DNA from: Mustelus asterias
Taxonomy: Eukaryota
Assembly: GCF_964213995.1 (NCBI RefSeq)
Contig: NC_135814.1
Span: 46,686,001-46,750,000, forward strand
DNA length: 64,000 nucleotides
Reading direction: 5' to 3'
The position numbers and the translations under genes are program-made. The notes below the pieces were generated by a model. It saw only the letters and a list, made by a program, of their open reading frames with translations, was not told the DNA's origin and searched no databases. This document shows positions 12,492 to 25,211 of this stretch, piece by piece; positions within the stretch are counted from its first letter, which is position 1; every line of letters starts with the position of its first letter.

Positions 12492-13699
12492 GGGCTGAAT
12501 TTTCATTGAGTTGTAAGGACCTCAGAGCCATCTAAACATCACAGCCATGCCCCATTTTTCAGAGGAGTGGGCTACGGGGGCAAGTAGCAAGTCCACACAA
12601 GCTCTCTCAAATTGGTTGGCTCCATTAATGGAGTAGGGATATCCTAGCACCCTGTAGTCACTCTTACCCTCCCCCTCCCTCCAATTTTCATGCAGTGAAA
12701 CCAGCTTCTGCATCGGAACCCCTCAGAGGAGTCATGAACCATAATTCTATCGTCTCAAAACTGGATTTCGGCAACCCCATGCTTCGTCAATGGCAACTCA
12801 AGCCAACTCATGCCCCCCACTCCAATGGCCTCTCATATCCTCCATGCCAATGTGATGTGTGAACTGCTTAAAAAAAAACACCCACTCATAATTTTCTATT
12901 TAAAGCTGCTGTTTTTAGAACACTATAAAAGTGTCAACCAACCAGACCTTCATGTTATCAAAAACAGAAGCTTTAGGCACATCTTTTGAGAGCCCAGATT
13001 CCCATAAAAGGATTAACTCTGTTGACGCAGCACAGAAAAGTGAAACTTTGAATGATTGACAATTTTATGATGTTATAAGTTGTTTTTTCTGTGATCTCTT
13101 TTGTCAATGACTCAATGTCTATTTGTACAAGATAAGTAAGTGTCAACTGCTTTTGTTTCTGTTATTGATACTTTAAAGATCAAGTTGATTGACACCTTTA
13201 TAAGTTTCCAGCAATAAGTTTTTGTTTTGAGAAAATTATGATTGGTGTAATTAAGCAGTCTTACACATGCCATTGTTAGCCTTGGATTCATCAATTCTAT
13301 ACAGCATGTATACTGCATGAATGGGCATGGAAGTGCCATGAGTTTGCATAGAGAGAATGAGGGGCTATTGGGGATGGAAGAGGGCATGAGTTGCTTGGAG
13401 GGTATGAGCAGCATGGAGTTTGGCAGCGGGTGGGGAGAAGTGACAGGGTGTGAATGGTGATGGCAAAATGAGCTAAAATTTAAGAAAAAGCTGGGGAAAA
13501 GTCCCGGAGAACTAAGGTGGACCTTTTAACCAGCTTGCCTCTACACTTGCCCCACCCCTGTGGCTGCCTCTAACCTATATCCAGGGAGGCCCAACTCTAC
13601 CCTGCCTTCTCAAAGTGAAAATTGGGTCTGACAGGGTACTTTCTACTGAGGCCAAGTCAGGGAGTTTCCAGATTTGAACTCTGTAGTGAATTTCTGGCC
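12492..13699. mobile_element. Old non-autonomous element with long internal imperfect palindrome
   Basis: Termini GGGCTGAATTTTC / GAATTTCTGGCC. 12770-12970 aligns to the reverse complement of 13150-13430. Confidence 0.55.
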
Positions 13700-13875
13700 A
13701 TTAAAAACAGATGATTATGTGACTTCTTTCACATTCGATTGTGGGAGTTTTTCGACATTGGTTGCCACATTTTTCCATATTAGAACAGTGCCGATACTTC
13801 AAATGTACATTATTGGTTGCAAAGTACTTTGAGATGCTTTCCTGAAATTATGAAATGTGCCCTTGATAGATTTCT
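13700..13875 (+). mobile_element. DeuSINE-like 3' fragment
   Basis: aaacagatgattat...attggttgccacatttttccatattagaacagtg...tacttcaaatgtac...ttggttgcaaagtactttgag. Confidence 0.55.
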
Positions 13876-13899
13876 GCCAAAAATCAAATAAAATAATTG

Positions 13900-15400
13900 C
13901 TGTAACTTTGAATGAAATTAAATGTAACTCAACTGGCAAATTAACAAAAAAATGGACTGTCCATGCCATAAAGATTCTCTTCAATTGTTAAATTATGATG
14001 TGAGTGGCTTTAAATAGACTCCTTGAATTAAAACATGGTACAATTAAGCGTCGCTGTATTAGGCTTCTCTCAATAGCCTCAGTACAAAACCTTTGCATCA
14101 GTCTTAATGGCGAGCATGTTCATTAATCACAATTCCTTTTTTTTAGGTAAGCTTGCACTGATCTGTGGCTGCTCTTGTAGCCATAGCATTCATTAGGTTG
14201 CCATAGAGACTATAGGCGCATATAAACATGCGTATGGAGATTATATGAGCTGTAATGAAATGTGAACTGTATTTGTAAAATCAAATGATACCCTCCGTAC
14301 TGTTGCTTCAATGCAGTTAATACCACTTTGTTAATTGAGCGCATGCTGAACAGATTTTTTTAGCTACGACAGCTGGTAGATTTTATCAAGAAATTGGTTA
14401 TTTTATTAGGATTAAAGTGATTCTTTCTGAGCTCGGGCATTCAACAGCATGAAATTTCTATAAGATAAAGCAACAACCGGTGAAATTTCATAAATCAGCC
14501 AATAAGTGCAATAAGATTCTTATGTTTATCCTCATACAGAGAAAGTCGATCATGCAGTCAGTTCTCCCAGTTATTTAATGTGAGCAGAAACAAATCTCAT
14601 TGAATTACAAAGAAGTGGAAATTGGGGTTAACTGTCAGTTACCTACAGGTGTAAGTGGCCTTGTCGTTGGAACCAGCGGTACGCACTTAACTTAAAAAAA
14701 ACAACTGTTAGCAAGTCAAAAGCTGAGCAGAGAAGTTGGGCGAATGCTAGTTTTTATTACTGCTACTGCGGTACTGTAAGCTCTTAAATACATTCCATGG
14801 ACATACTTTTAGCAGCTTCACAAGGGTGTTTTGTGTTTGATTTACGCAAACAACTGTTAAATTATTTTTATATTTGTGAGGAAGTGAATGATATTAGATC
14901 ATCAATCCTTGGAGGCTGGGATCAGGAGAAAGGCTATTACATTTCAGAAGCTGTTAAAGCGGTTTTGCCCTCTGGCTTATTTTATCTGCAGTGTTTGCTG
15001 TTGGTGAAAGCCAGTGATGCTTGGAATACTGGAGCAGCTCAGGGAATGGTGGCTTTGAGAGTAAATAACAGCAGAGCTGCAGCCTGTGCCATATATCCCA
15101 ATATCCATGCAGCATTGAGAAGGCAGTATCTTTGATTAAAGCCGACAGTTTCAGCAAGGATGGGCCTGCACCTTCTGTTCATGCCTCCAGCTCTGGCCCC
15201 ACAGCAGACTGCCAACAGGGCACTGTTCTGCCAGTTGTAATTTTAATTGGCCATCTGGGGAAAGAACAAACCACTGACTGGAGATTAATCAGTAAATTAA
15301 CCCAGCCATAATACACATATCCCAGTGGACTGCAGACAGCTCCAGGCTGGGAGCAGCTTGGGATGTTGGAGGACTTGTATTGAAATGCTGTATTTCAGAA
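13900..15400. promoter_or_regulatory. Candidate conserved non-coding (enhancer-like) block
   Basis: Free of recognisable TEs, with dense TAAT/ATTA motifs, an RFX X-box-like GTTGCCATAGAGAC (14197-14210) and retained CpGs in AT-rich context. Conservation itself cannot be checked here. Confidence 0.35.
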
Positions 15401-16867
15401 TACCATGTGACTGAACATCTTCTCAGTGTCCCTTCAGTGTGACCTTGATGGTGACCCTGATTTGTATGACAGTCGCAGGGAGGTTTCTTTTACAGTGTCT
15501 AAACACAGATGGCACAGCTATTGGCATTGTTGGAGATAATATTGAAGAATTAGTGAGAATGACAACTTTTCTCAAGTGGATAAATCTCTTGACAACCCAA
15601 AGCTCCAACAAGAAGAAAGAGTTTTCGCTGGGATCAGGAGAAGAGTTTTGACCAATCCAGCACTTGTATTAGGCGGGGGATGTGGGGCAAGGAAAGAAAG
15701 TAATATAGCAGTCTAATTATCAAAATTAGACCTCATTTTTTTTCTTTTTTACTTCAAGATATGAATTCTGTGTCAAAGAATCTTAGTGAGGATTGCTGAA
15801 GATTGACACGATTGCATTAAGGTAAATATAACTTATTAAAGTTTGCAACCCATCCAAATCAATGTTTTACATAAGGAAAGCACGTAAATTCAAATTAATA
15901 GAGTCATGGGTGACATTCTTGTGTGAAGTCTGAAGTACAAAAACAATTCCGTTCCTTAACAGGTAATATGAGTAATCATTCTTGAAAAAGGATAAACCAA
16001 TATTATCTTGTTTACATTTCACATTGTGCTTTTGTTTGAGAATATCTTTATTTGTTCTCAGGACGTGGGCAGTGTTGGATTTATTTTCCATCATTAGTTA
16101 GTCTGAGAAAGTGGGGGTGAGCCTTCCATCACAATTGGTTCCAAAGCTAGGTGGCTTGCTCAGCCATTGTGGAGGATTGTTAAAGAGTGGATTTTCTCTG
16201 TTATTCAGCCCAGAATTCACCCACCTTCTGGATACAATTGTCGGTGGGAACACTGTACCCAGGTTTCTTGCTCATTTTTTCCCATTATTCCATGCCCCTA
16301 TTGCTCTCCAAGATTATCAGGTGAACCAGGGCAGTGGGCTTGGGGTATTGATGAGTACAGTCTCCTATGTGAGATCTAGAGGGAGACGGTTTAGCAGAGA
16401 TTTCCTTTCATTCCCTTCTATCTGATCACTTACCTGCTGAAGGTTGCAGTCTCAGATGAGATGATCCAGACTTCTGCCACCTTTAATGTTGACTTCCATC
16501 TCTGAGTGTCTGTGGTTCACACTGTGGCACCACATTTACTTTCCTGGGGAGCCATTGGCAGACCATTTTGCCAAGAGCTCAGAACATACTGACCCCTGAT
16601 CCAGAAAACTAGCTGGTGTCATGTCAGAACCAAGTTAGCAGATGGAAACCCCGACCCTGTAGGGGCAGAATCAAGAAAGTCCAAGCATCAACCACATATT
16701 GTGAGACTAATTCTTTTTTTTCTGGTACCAGTTCACATGACTAGATTCATTGAATTTAATTTCACAATTTCATGGAGATTAAAACCAGGTTGCAAAACCC
16801 AGTGCTGTGAATACTGCACCACTGTGTGCTACAAGTTCTTCATTACCTACAAAATGTTTCCACCAAC

Positions 16868-17278
16868 TCTTGGCTCAGTTCCTAACTCCCTTGCCTCTGA
16901 ATGCTTCAAACCTCATTTGAGACATGAACACAAATTCTGGGCAGTTTTCAATGTCATGTCGATAGTATTGTATTGCCAGAGTTGCTCTCTTTAAAATGAG
17001 CAATTGGACTGTTCTTAAAGATCCGACTGGACTATTAGAAAATGACTTACAATTTTGCCCAGTGCCTTGGCCAGCAGTCCTCTCTTAATCAACAGCATGG
17101 CCAACTTGCAGATGAACAGGTCATCCATTTCATTTACAATTTTAACTTTGACTATGTGTAAATTAGTTGTTTTGCTGCTGTGTTTCTCTAAATAACAACA
17201 GTGACTTCACTTCAAAGGTAATTTATAAATTGCGAACATTTAACATGATAAGGTAGTTTATAAACTTCAGTTTCTTCC
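16868..17278 (+). mobile_element. Highly degenerate DeuSINE-like element
   Basis: tggctcagtt...cttgcctctga...aaagatcc...cccagtgccttggccag...aacaacagtgacttcacttcaaa. Confidence 0.55.
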
Positions 17279-17465
17279 TGACTATTTGTAGGAACTTCAG
17301 TTGCACATTTAAGAATGTTTAAGTAAGTATTGGGGAGGGCGAACTGGGGGCCCTTGCCATGAAGAGAAGTAATTTTGACTCATCTCTGAGATTTGTGTCA
17401 TAACAAGTGCAATCACTAATTCTTGTTTCTTCAGTTATTAATAATTACCTTTGGAGCCAGTATGT

Positions 17466-17770
17466 GGGAGGCACGGTAGCAAAGTGGTTAGCACTGCTGT
17501 CTCACAGCGCCAAGGACCCGGGTTCGATTCCTGGCTTGGGTCACTGTCTGTGCAGAGTCTGCACATTCTCCCCGCGTCTGCATGGGTTTCCTCTGGGTGC
17601 TCCGGTTTCCTCCCAAAAACGTGCTGGTTAGGTGAATTGGCCATGCTAAATTCTCCCTCAGTGTATCTGAACAGGCGCCGGAGTGTGGCGACTAGGGGAT
17701 TTTCACAGTAACTTCATTGCAGTGTTAATGTAAGCCTACTTGTGACACTAATAAAATAACCTTTAAACTT
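17466..17770 (+). mobile_element. HE1-type V-SINE, tail B
   Basis: Head, V core and tail GTAAGCCTACTTGTGACACTAATAAAATAAAC. Confidence 0.9.
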
Positions 17771-20700
17771 TTTTTGTGAACCTGTCACAATATGCGCCAG
17801 CTGTAGGTTAGTCAATAATTAAATCTGTAAATCAGGAATACTTCTTGTTTTGTGTGGAAGGTTAACAAATCCTTATCTGTAAATTGTAATCCACCTCCAA
17901 TACTCCAGTTTTACGATCACAGTACAAACCTACAAGCAGTTGTTTGATGCAGGAAAGCTCTCACTCAAGCACTCTATAAAGCTGCCAAATTCAGCTGCAT
18001 TGATAAACACATGTCCACGGGACTCTGTACGAAAAGTCCACAGGACGTTGTCTGTACCCAGGACTAGATGCATGCTGGCAAACATTTTATATCAATATAG
18101 AATATGTTTTTTTTTGTAAATCACTTGGATTAGACCAGTGGGACACAAGCAGTAAGAAGAACTAATTGAATAATTTGGAAATGAATCACAGTTTTTGGAG
18201 GTACAAATTATGTTGCGGTCTTCAATCAGGTATGAAGATGGTGCACTGTCTGCTCTGACTAATATTGCATCGATTTCCAACCTTAAATCCGTGGCAGTGT
18301 TATGTCATGCTGTGTAGCTGAATCTACTGGGGATTGAACTGAGACACACAACACATTTCAGTGCTGACCTGTCGAAGTAATCACTAAATTTCTATTCTGA
18401 ACAATTATTTGGGTTCAAACTCGGGTATCAAAACAGACAGTCACAGAGTTCTAAAGTATAATCAGAAACTAGAAACAAACTGATAAATCTATGGACCTGC
18501 AACATTTATAAATAAATGACATCTGTGGATTTTAATCATATACAGTGTCAAGTAATCATAGAAAGCAAAATAGCCAGGGGTTTACACCGAGCAAGCAGCT
18601 CTCTGTCATTTTTTTTTTATTTCTGAAAATTGATTCAGTCTAAGAAAAACCAAAACAGACAAGTGACCATAGGTAAATCTACAATAAATAAGGCACCTTC
18701 ACATTTCAACTGTGAACACGGTAAATTCATTTAATTCACTGCTGGTTTGAAAGACCCTTATGAAAGAAGAGAACTTTAAACAGAATGGCTGTAAACTGAT
18801 CCCTGCATTTAAAAATCAAATTGTGATATAATCAATCATATTGAGCACTGTTAAGAGATTAGCGTAAAACAAAATATATAGAAAGCCCATGGGATTGTGT
18901 TCTCATGAGTTAAATCCCAAATGAGCCAGCATTTTCATTGTTTTGACAGTTTCTTAATGAAAATAAAGCATTAAAATGGGTAAATCCCATTACAGTACAA
19001 ATTTCTACTACAAAATCATAAGAACCATATAGATTATTATTATTAGAAGCTCAGCAGAGTCTGACAATAAAGGTCTACACGTGTTGTTCACATGATGTGA
19101 TGTAGAACAACTATACTGGGCATGTTTTTGATTGAGTTATTGGGTAAATAAGAGAGATGGAATAATGCTCTGAACAGTGAGTTAATCAAATTGCTCAGAT
19201 TTTATTGTATGCTGCTCTATTGGGTTGCTGGCCAACTCATCCAAGCATGGTTAAAAAGATACGCACTCCAGATGGTTCCAAATCAACTATTATACGTGAG
19301 CTTTGACCTCATATTATATATCATTTTAACTCAAACTCATATGTATATATAAATAATGCCAATGATAATTTCATGCATTTTGATTAGGGAACATGCAGAA
19401 AATACAGGATTTTGTGATAATGTACCTCTTGCTGAAGGTTAACAATTTGTGCAAATACATCGGCAATGATTTTCTCTTTAACCAAAAGTAAACCCATAAT
19501 GGGTGCACCGTGCAACACAATCTACTCAAATAACACTAAGTAAGCACCAGGGCCCTTTTTCAATTGATTTCACAACAGTTCACAATATATTAACAGAAAT
19601 TGAAGAAGGTGCTCTCTGCAGACTAAAGTACCTGAGGTGAGCAATGATGAATGAGATAATATGGCTTGTTATTGAATAACCCATCCTCTGTCTGAGTCTG
19701 AAGTCTGATCCTAAATTGTGGTAAATTATTAATCCATGACAATTCACACTTTCTTGTAAATCTATTGTAAGTAGTTTAATTTTCAAGAATATTTAAGATC
19801 TATTATTCATAACAGCTTGTACCTTTGATTCCTCAGTATTCAATTGTTCCAAAAAAAAGATCAACACATGCAGACTCCTACTTGCTAGCCTGTTTCGGTC
19901 ATTATCGACAATAACAAATGAAATCTTCACAACATTCATTTTAAAGTTAAAGTTCAAGTGATATATTTCTAATCTAGTTAAATCTCACTAAACTTATACA
20001 GGCCTGGATAATAATTCAGCAACTGATGTTTCTGTCAATACACTAAAGGAATTTATGATTGAAATTTATGATAACATTGAGGTAAACAAGAAGCACTTTG
20101 GACTTTTTACGGATTGTCAACTTGTCCAACAGAAAGTACTTTGGTTGTCTACTTCCCCCTTTTCCTTTGAGTTGTCATAAGAAAATCAACACACAAATTT
20201 TAAGGGGGTATTAAAATTATTGTGATTAAAATATGGGATTTTTTTTCTACAAATGTAGTCCAATGTGGCAGCTACCTCAGTCTATGAGCTAACGAACCCA
20301 CTATTATCAGAATTTCTCCCCTCTTCCTATTCACCATGCATATGGACTAGCTGGAGCTAACCTTGTCCTGGACACTCTGAACTGACTGCTTGAAGATGGA
20401 TAAATGGCCGATTATCTCCCTTTCTACAGTAACAATGACCATTGTGCACTGTTGCAAAATGGTCTCAGCATTTTACGAGTATGAAACAATTGCATGATGG
20501 CCGCCTCAACCTGCTTCATCATCACATCATTTTAGGAATAATTGCAGAGCAGAATTTGAATTATTAACTATTGAAAAGGAGTCAGGACGAAGGTTGGCTC
20601 TTCCATAATGTTAAAAATGTCACCTGCCAGGAAGAAGAACCTAGGTCACACATTTATAGCAGATCTTCACAGTTCCACAAATCAAGAGTGGTGCAAATGG

Positions 20701-21851
20701 ACAGTAACATGTGGATATAATATCAGCAGACACAGTTTATCTGTACTGGTGGTTTTAGGCAACACCTCCTTGCACTGGCAAAGTTAAGATTGGGAACTGA
20801 GTGAGGTGGGAGATTACAACCAGGAACATGTGATCAACTTCTCAGTGTCACAGCATGCTTATGCAAATCATATTCAATTTATTTTATTCACTCTCTTCAG
20901 GTGTCTTCAGACTGCATGACTCCTCATCCAAGATGATAGCCACATGATCTGCTTGAAAACTTCAGTTGGTGCTAACCTTGAGTCAGCTCTGTCCAGAGCA
21001 ACAGTCCTATAAATGTCCTTCTCTTCTTGCCCCTTTTCAATGCCTTCTTCTGTTGCCGGAGCTGAGATTGTGAAACTGACAAAAGAGAATCACACTTAAT
21101 CATTTTGTTTCACACTAAAACAAGTTTTCAATCAATCAAAATGATCTAGTGGCCCAATGGTAATGACTCTTTATGAGGCAAAATACTTCTTAAAATTGTG
21201 TCAGACCAGATATGAAGAAGCAATCTGTTAGTATTCCACAAAAGTAGAAAATCTGTTGCACACCCACTGATTTGAATAAAGGTTACACACACCTTTCATC
21301 AGTTTTGCCAGCAATGCCAACCATTTTATCTGGATCACTTATCAAATCAGCATGGAAAAGTCATAATAAAACTAGTGGAATATTGATACGTTACATATTT
21401 GGCCATAAAACCGGAACTGCATACTCAGTATGTTACATTGGTTTCAGTTAAGTAGAGCTAGCTTCTTATCAGATTTCTGACAAAGAGTCGGGTGTAGGTA
21501 GCATTAAACTCTCCTGTAACTGGTTCTTAATGTAGTCATGGAGCATATAATAATATTTGAAAAAATGCATTTTAATAAAAGTAAAACAAAAATCAAAATG
21601 GGTAGAGGATTCCCTCCAATTTAAAAAGCAGAAAGATATTGTGACTTAAAGGCTAATATTTACTTCATGTTATTTATTTAATATTCAGTAACAATTTAAT
21701 TCACAATTCCAGATAGAGGTAGTATCAGCCAATGGCACCTATCACTGGAGTCTTAACACGGTGTTTTTGGACACTGCAGGGTCTGTTAGTGTTCTCTACT
21801 ACTTCTACCACATCTGGCCACAGAAGAGTCGCTCCGTCGCCCTGCAGCTTG

Positions 21852-22064
21852 NNNNNNNNNNNNNNNNNNNNNNNNNNNNNNNNNNNNNNNNNNNNNNNNN
21901 NNNNNNNNNNNNNNNNNNNNNNNNNNNNNNNNNNNNNNNNNNNNNNNNNNNNNNNNNNNNNNNNNNNNNNNNNNNNNNNNNNNNNNNNNNNNNNNNNNNN
22001 NNNNNNNNNNNNNNNNNNNNNNNNNNNNNNNNNNNNNNNNNNNNNNNNNNNNNNNNNNNNNNNN
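21852..22064. other. 213-nt N-run (gap or hard-masked segment)
   Basis: Directly visible. Both flanks are unique, non-repeat sequence. Confidence 0.98.
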
Positions 22065-23390
22065 TAGTTATGCAAACATTCTGGGTGGGTATGCTTTGCA
22101 TAATAATTATCCTAGTTAAAATTACCAACAGAACCTTGGTAATTAGTTCTGAATTTAGCCACTTTCAGTACTTGTAAGTTGAAAATAAGTTAATGCATAA
22201 ACCAGCTCTATTAACCAAAGAATTTTTATTAAAAAAGAAAAAAATGTTTTAGAAAATTTGGCCATTTTCAAATTCCAAAATAGATGATTTAATTTGCTAA
22301 CTAAAAGTAATAGATAACAAAAAAAGAGAGGGATAGAATCATACATATTCTCCAGACTCTATATTGTATTCTGAACATGCAGCAATTTATAAGAAAATGT
22401 CATTAATAATCCGTTCACCTAAATAATTATTTCATTTACCCATTTAGTAATTCACCTGATTCTAATGTTTGTTTAAAGATCTGTTAGTTACCTACTGCGA
22501 ACGACCAGCAAAGATATCCTCATTGCAAATATTGTAGACCTGTATACAGTCAGAGGGCAGTCAAACCTATCACTCAATTGTAAATTTCCATGAATATACA
22601 GATGCCTCCCGCTCCCACAATTATTCCTTGAGTGATTATAAGCCATTCTACAGTATATCATTTGTTTTGCGAGATATTCAATGTACACATTTAAAACGGA
22701 TATAAATCCATTTATTTAAGTATTAATCCTTTCCATATTTGGGAACTTATCTTTCCAGTAAGTTAGGACAGAGCCAACAGTTAAATATCTTTCTGGGTTT
22801 CTTTTAATGTTCTGATGCAGAAACACGGAGACTATCAATCTTGCTGATGTTATGAAACACTGTAAGATATATTTTCTGGTCATCATCTGGGGGTGCAAGA
22901 GCAGAACGGATGCTGGAGGACTGGATAACCTGACTGAGGACTATTTTGCACCATTTTATCACCAGATGGTCTTTAGACTACTTTGATGTGGTCCTGCTGA
23001 AAATGACCATCAGCTTAATTTAAATATTATAATGTATTTCAATGAAGCACCAGCAGTAGGAAAAATTTAAAGATGAGACGAGTAGAGTAAAGGTTACATT
23101 ACAACTAAGAGTAAAGTGAGAGTGCCGAGGCCTATAATTTCATAGGTAAATAGATTAGAAGGAAAAATGAGACTCACAGATACCAGAAGGTCATACAGAA
23201 AAAATTGTGAGATCTTTTCATAAAGTATAAAATGGAAGCAAAGAGAATGACTAAGAGAAAGAACGACAGAAAGACAAATAGCAAGAGCTATGGACTAGAA
23301 TTTGCAGTAACCAGCATAGAGATGGTGAAACGTTCTGATTGTCAAGGCAAAATGCAGCAATAGCAAAGTGTTAACACGCCAGTCCATAGT

Positions 23391-23686
23391 TTTTAAGTTT
23401 ATTTATTAGTCACAAGTAGGCTTATATTAACACTGCAATGAAGTTACTGTGCAAATCCCCTAGTTGCCACACTCCGGCATCTATTCGGGTACACTGAGAG
23501 AGAATTTAGCATGGCCAATGCAACTGACTAGCACATCTTTCGGCCTGTGGGGGGAAACCAGAGCACCCGGAGGCAGGTATGGGGAGCACGTGCAGACTCT
23601 GCACAGACAGTGACCCAAGCCGGTAATCTAGCCTGTGTCCCTGGCACTATGAGGCAGTAGTGCTAGCCACTGTGCCACCGTGCTGC
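23391..23686 (-). mobile_element. HE1-type V-SINE, tail B
   Basis: aagtttatttattagtcacaagtaggctta...tgtgccaccgtgctgc. Confidence 0.9.
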
Positions 23687-24063
23687 TTCTCAAGAGAATG
23701 TAAACAAAGAAAATCTTTCTGAGCGCATCAAGGTCACAATATTGCATGATGGCTATTTATGGTATCATTTTGAAGGTACTTTAAGATTATACGAGGGAGA
23801 GGTAAATTACACACAGCTGTAATGGAAGATAATGGTGGCCATGATGAATATGGAGTTAAATTATAATTCTAATCAAAAACAAGTTAACATATATTAATAT
23901 ATATTTATAGCAAAGTCACTGCTCATTTTAGTTACTATCAGAGTCAATACACAGCTTGAAATACATAATCAACTGCAAACAAGATCCATGGCTTTCACAT
24001 GTAATTTTATATTTTGAATGCTTTTCTCATGCAAATTCAGGGGGGCAGAAAGTCATCTCAAGT

Positions 24064-24383
24064 GGGGTGGCACGGTGGCACAGCGGTTAGCACTGCTGCC
24101 TCACAGCGCCGGGGACCCAGGTTCAATTCTGGCCTCAGTCACTGTATGTGTGGAGTTTGCACTTTCTCCCCGTGTCTGCGTGGGTTTCCTCCGGGTGCTC
24201 CGGTTTCCTCCCACAGTCCAAAGATGTGTGGGTTAGGTGGATTGGCCATGCTAAATTGACCCTAGTGACAGCGGGATTAGCAGGGTAAATGTGTGGGGTT
24301 GCGGGAATAGGGCCTGGGTGGGATTGTGGTCGGTGCAGACTCAATGGGCCGAATGGCCTCCTTCTGTACTGTAGGGGTTCTAT
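24064..24383 (+). mobile_element. HE1-type V-SINE, tail A, full length
   Basis: Head, V core and tail CAGACTCAATGGGCCGAATGGCCTCCTTCTGTACTGTAGGGGTTCTAT. Confidence 0.92.
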
Positions 24384-25211
24384 ATTAAATGGGCCACCTG
24401 TTATATGCAGAGCCAGATACTCAGTTCCCTTGACTGTAACAAAACTGAGAATCAGGCACTGCACACAGTGGATAACCAGACCGATACTGCCCATTTTACA
24501 CCACTGCCTAAGGTGAATTTTTACCATGGTCAGGAGTTTACAGCCCCAGCATGGTGTGTCTCCCACTGGCGGATGGGACAGGCCATTTAAACCACCATTT
24601 ACTTCGGCATCGTAATATCATGCCGGGCGGACAGGGTCATAAAATTTATTAAATTCAGATAGTCTTCAACTGAAAAATATTTGGCACGGCAATATGCTTC
24701 GCTCCACATAATGCTGCTATAAAGAAAAGGCACTTCGTAGCCCTGATGGAAAAATGCCTCAAAATACTTCATGGAAGAAAAAGTAACAAACCATGGTTGC
24801 AAAGTCAGGAGAAGTGACTGAAAACAGTTTAAAAAGGTAACATCAGCAGGGGGGCCTGCACTGGGACTCACGACTGGCAGTGCCAGGGTACCAGGCCACT
24901 GCCAAGAACAGAGTAACTCATCAAGGACAGAGGTGATGGGTGAATAAAACTTTTGCGGTGACAGCTTTGAAATGATAAAGATTTGAAAGAATTAAAGAAT
25001 TTTTGGAGGAAGTTAGAAGGGAGACCCACAAAGAGGAGACTGAAAAGTCTAGTCTAGATGTGACAATTAACACAGAGAATAATGGTGAGTTAGCTTGAGG
25101 TGAGTACTCCTCAAGTAAGTAGCAGCCATCATAGGAGAGATGTATATAGGATGGCATCAAGATATAATATTCTGAATTCTTCAGCTATCCACTCTTCAGA
25201 TTTCATTGTAA

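Noticed and set aside
15439-15651. Possible plus-strand exon after TTTCTTTTACAG (CLNTDGTAIGIVGDNIEELV...)
   Set aside because: No recognisable homology, no convincing donor and no partner exons.
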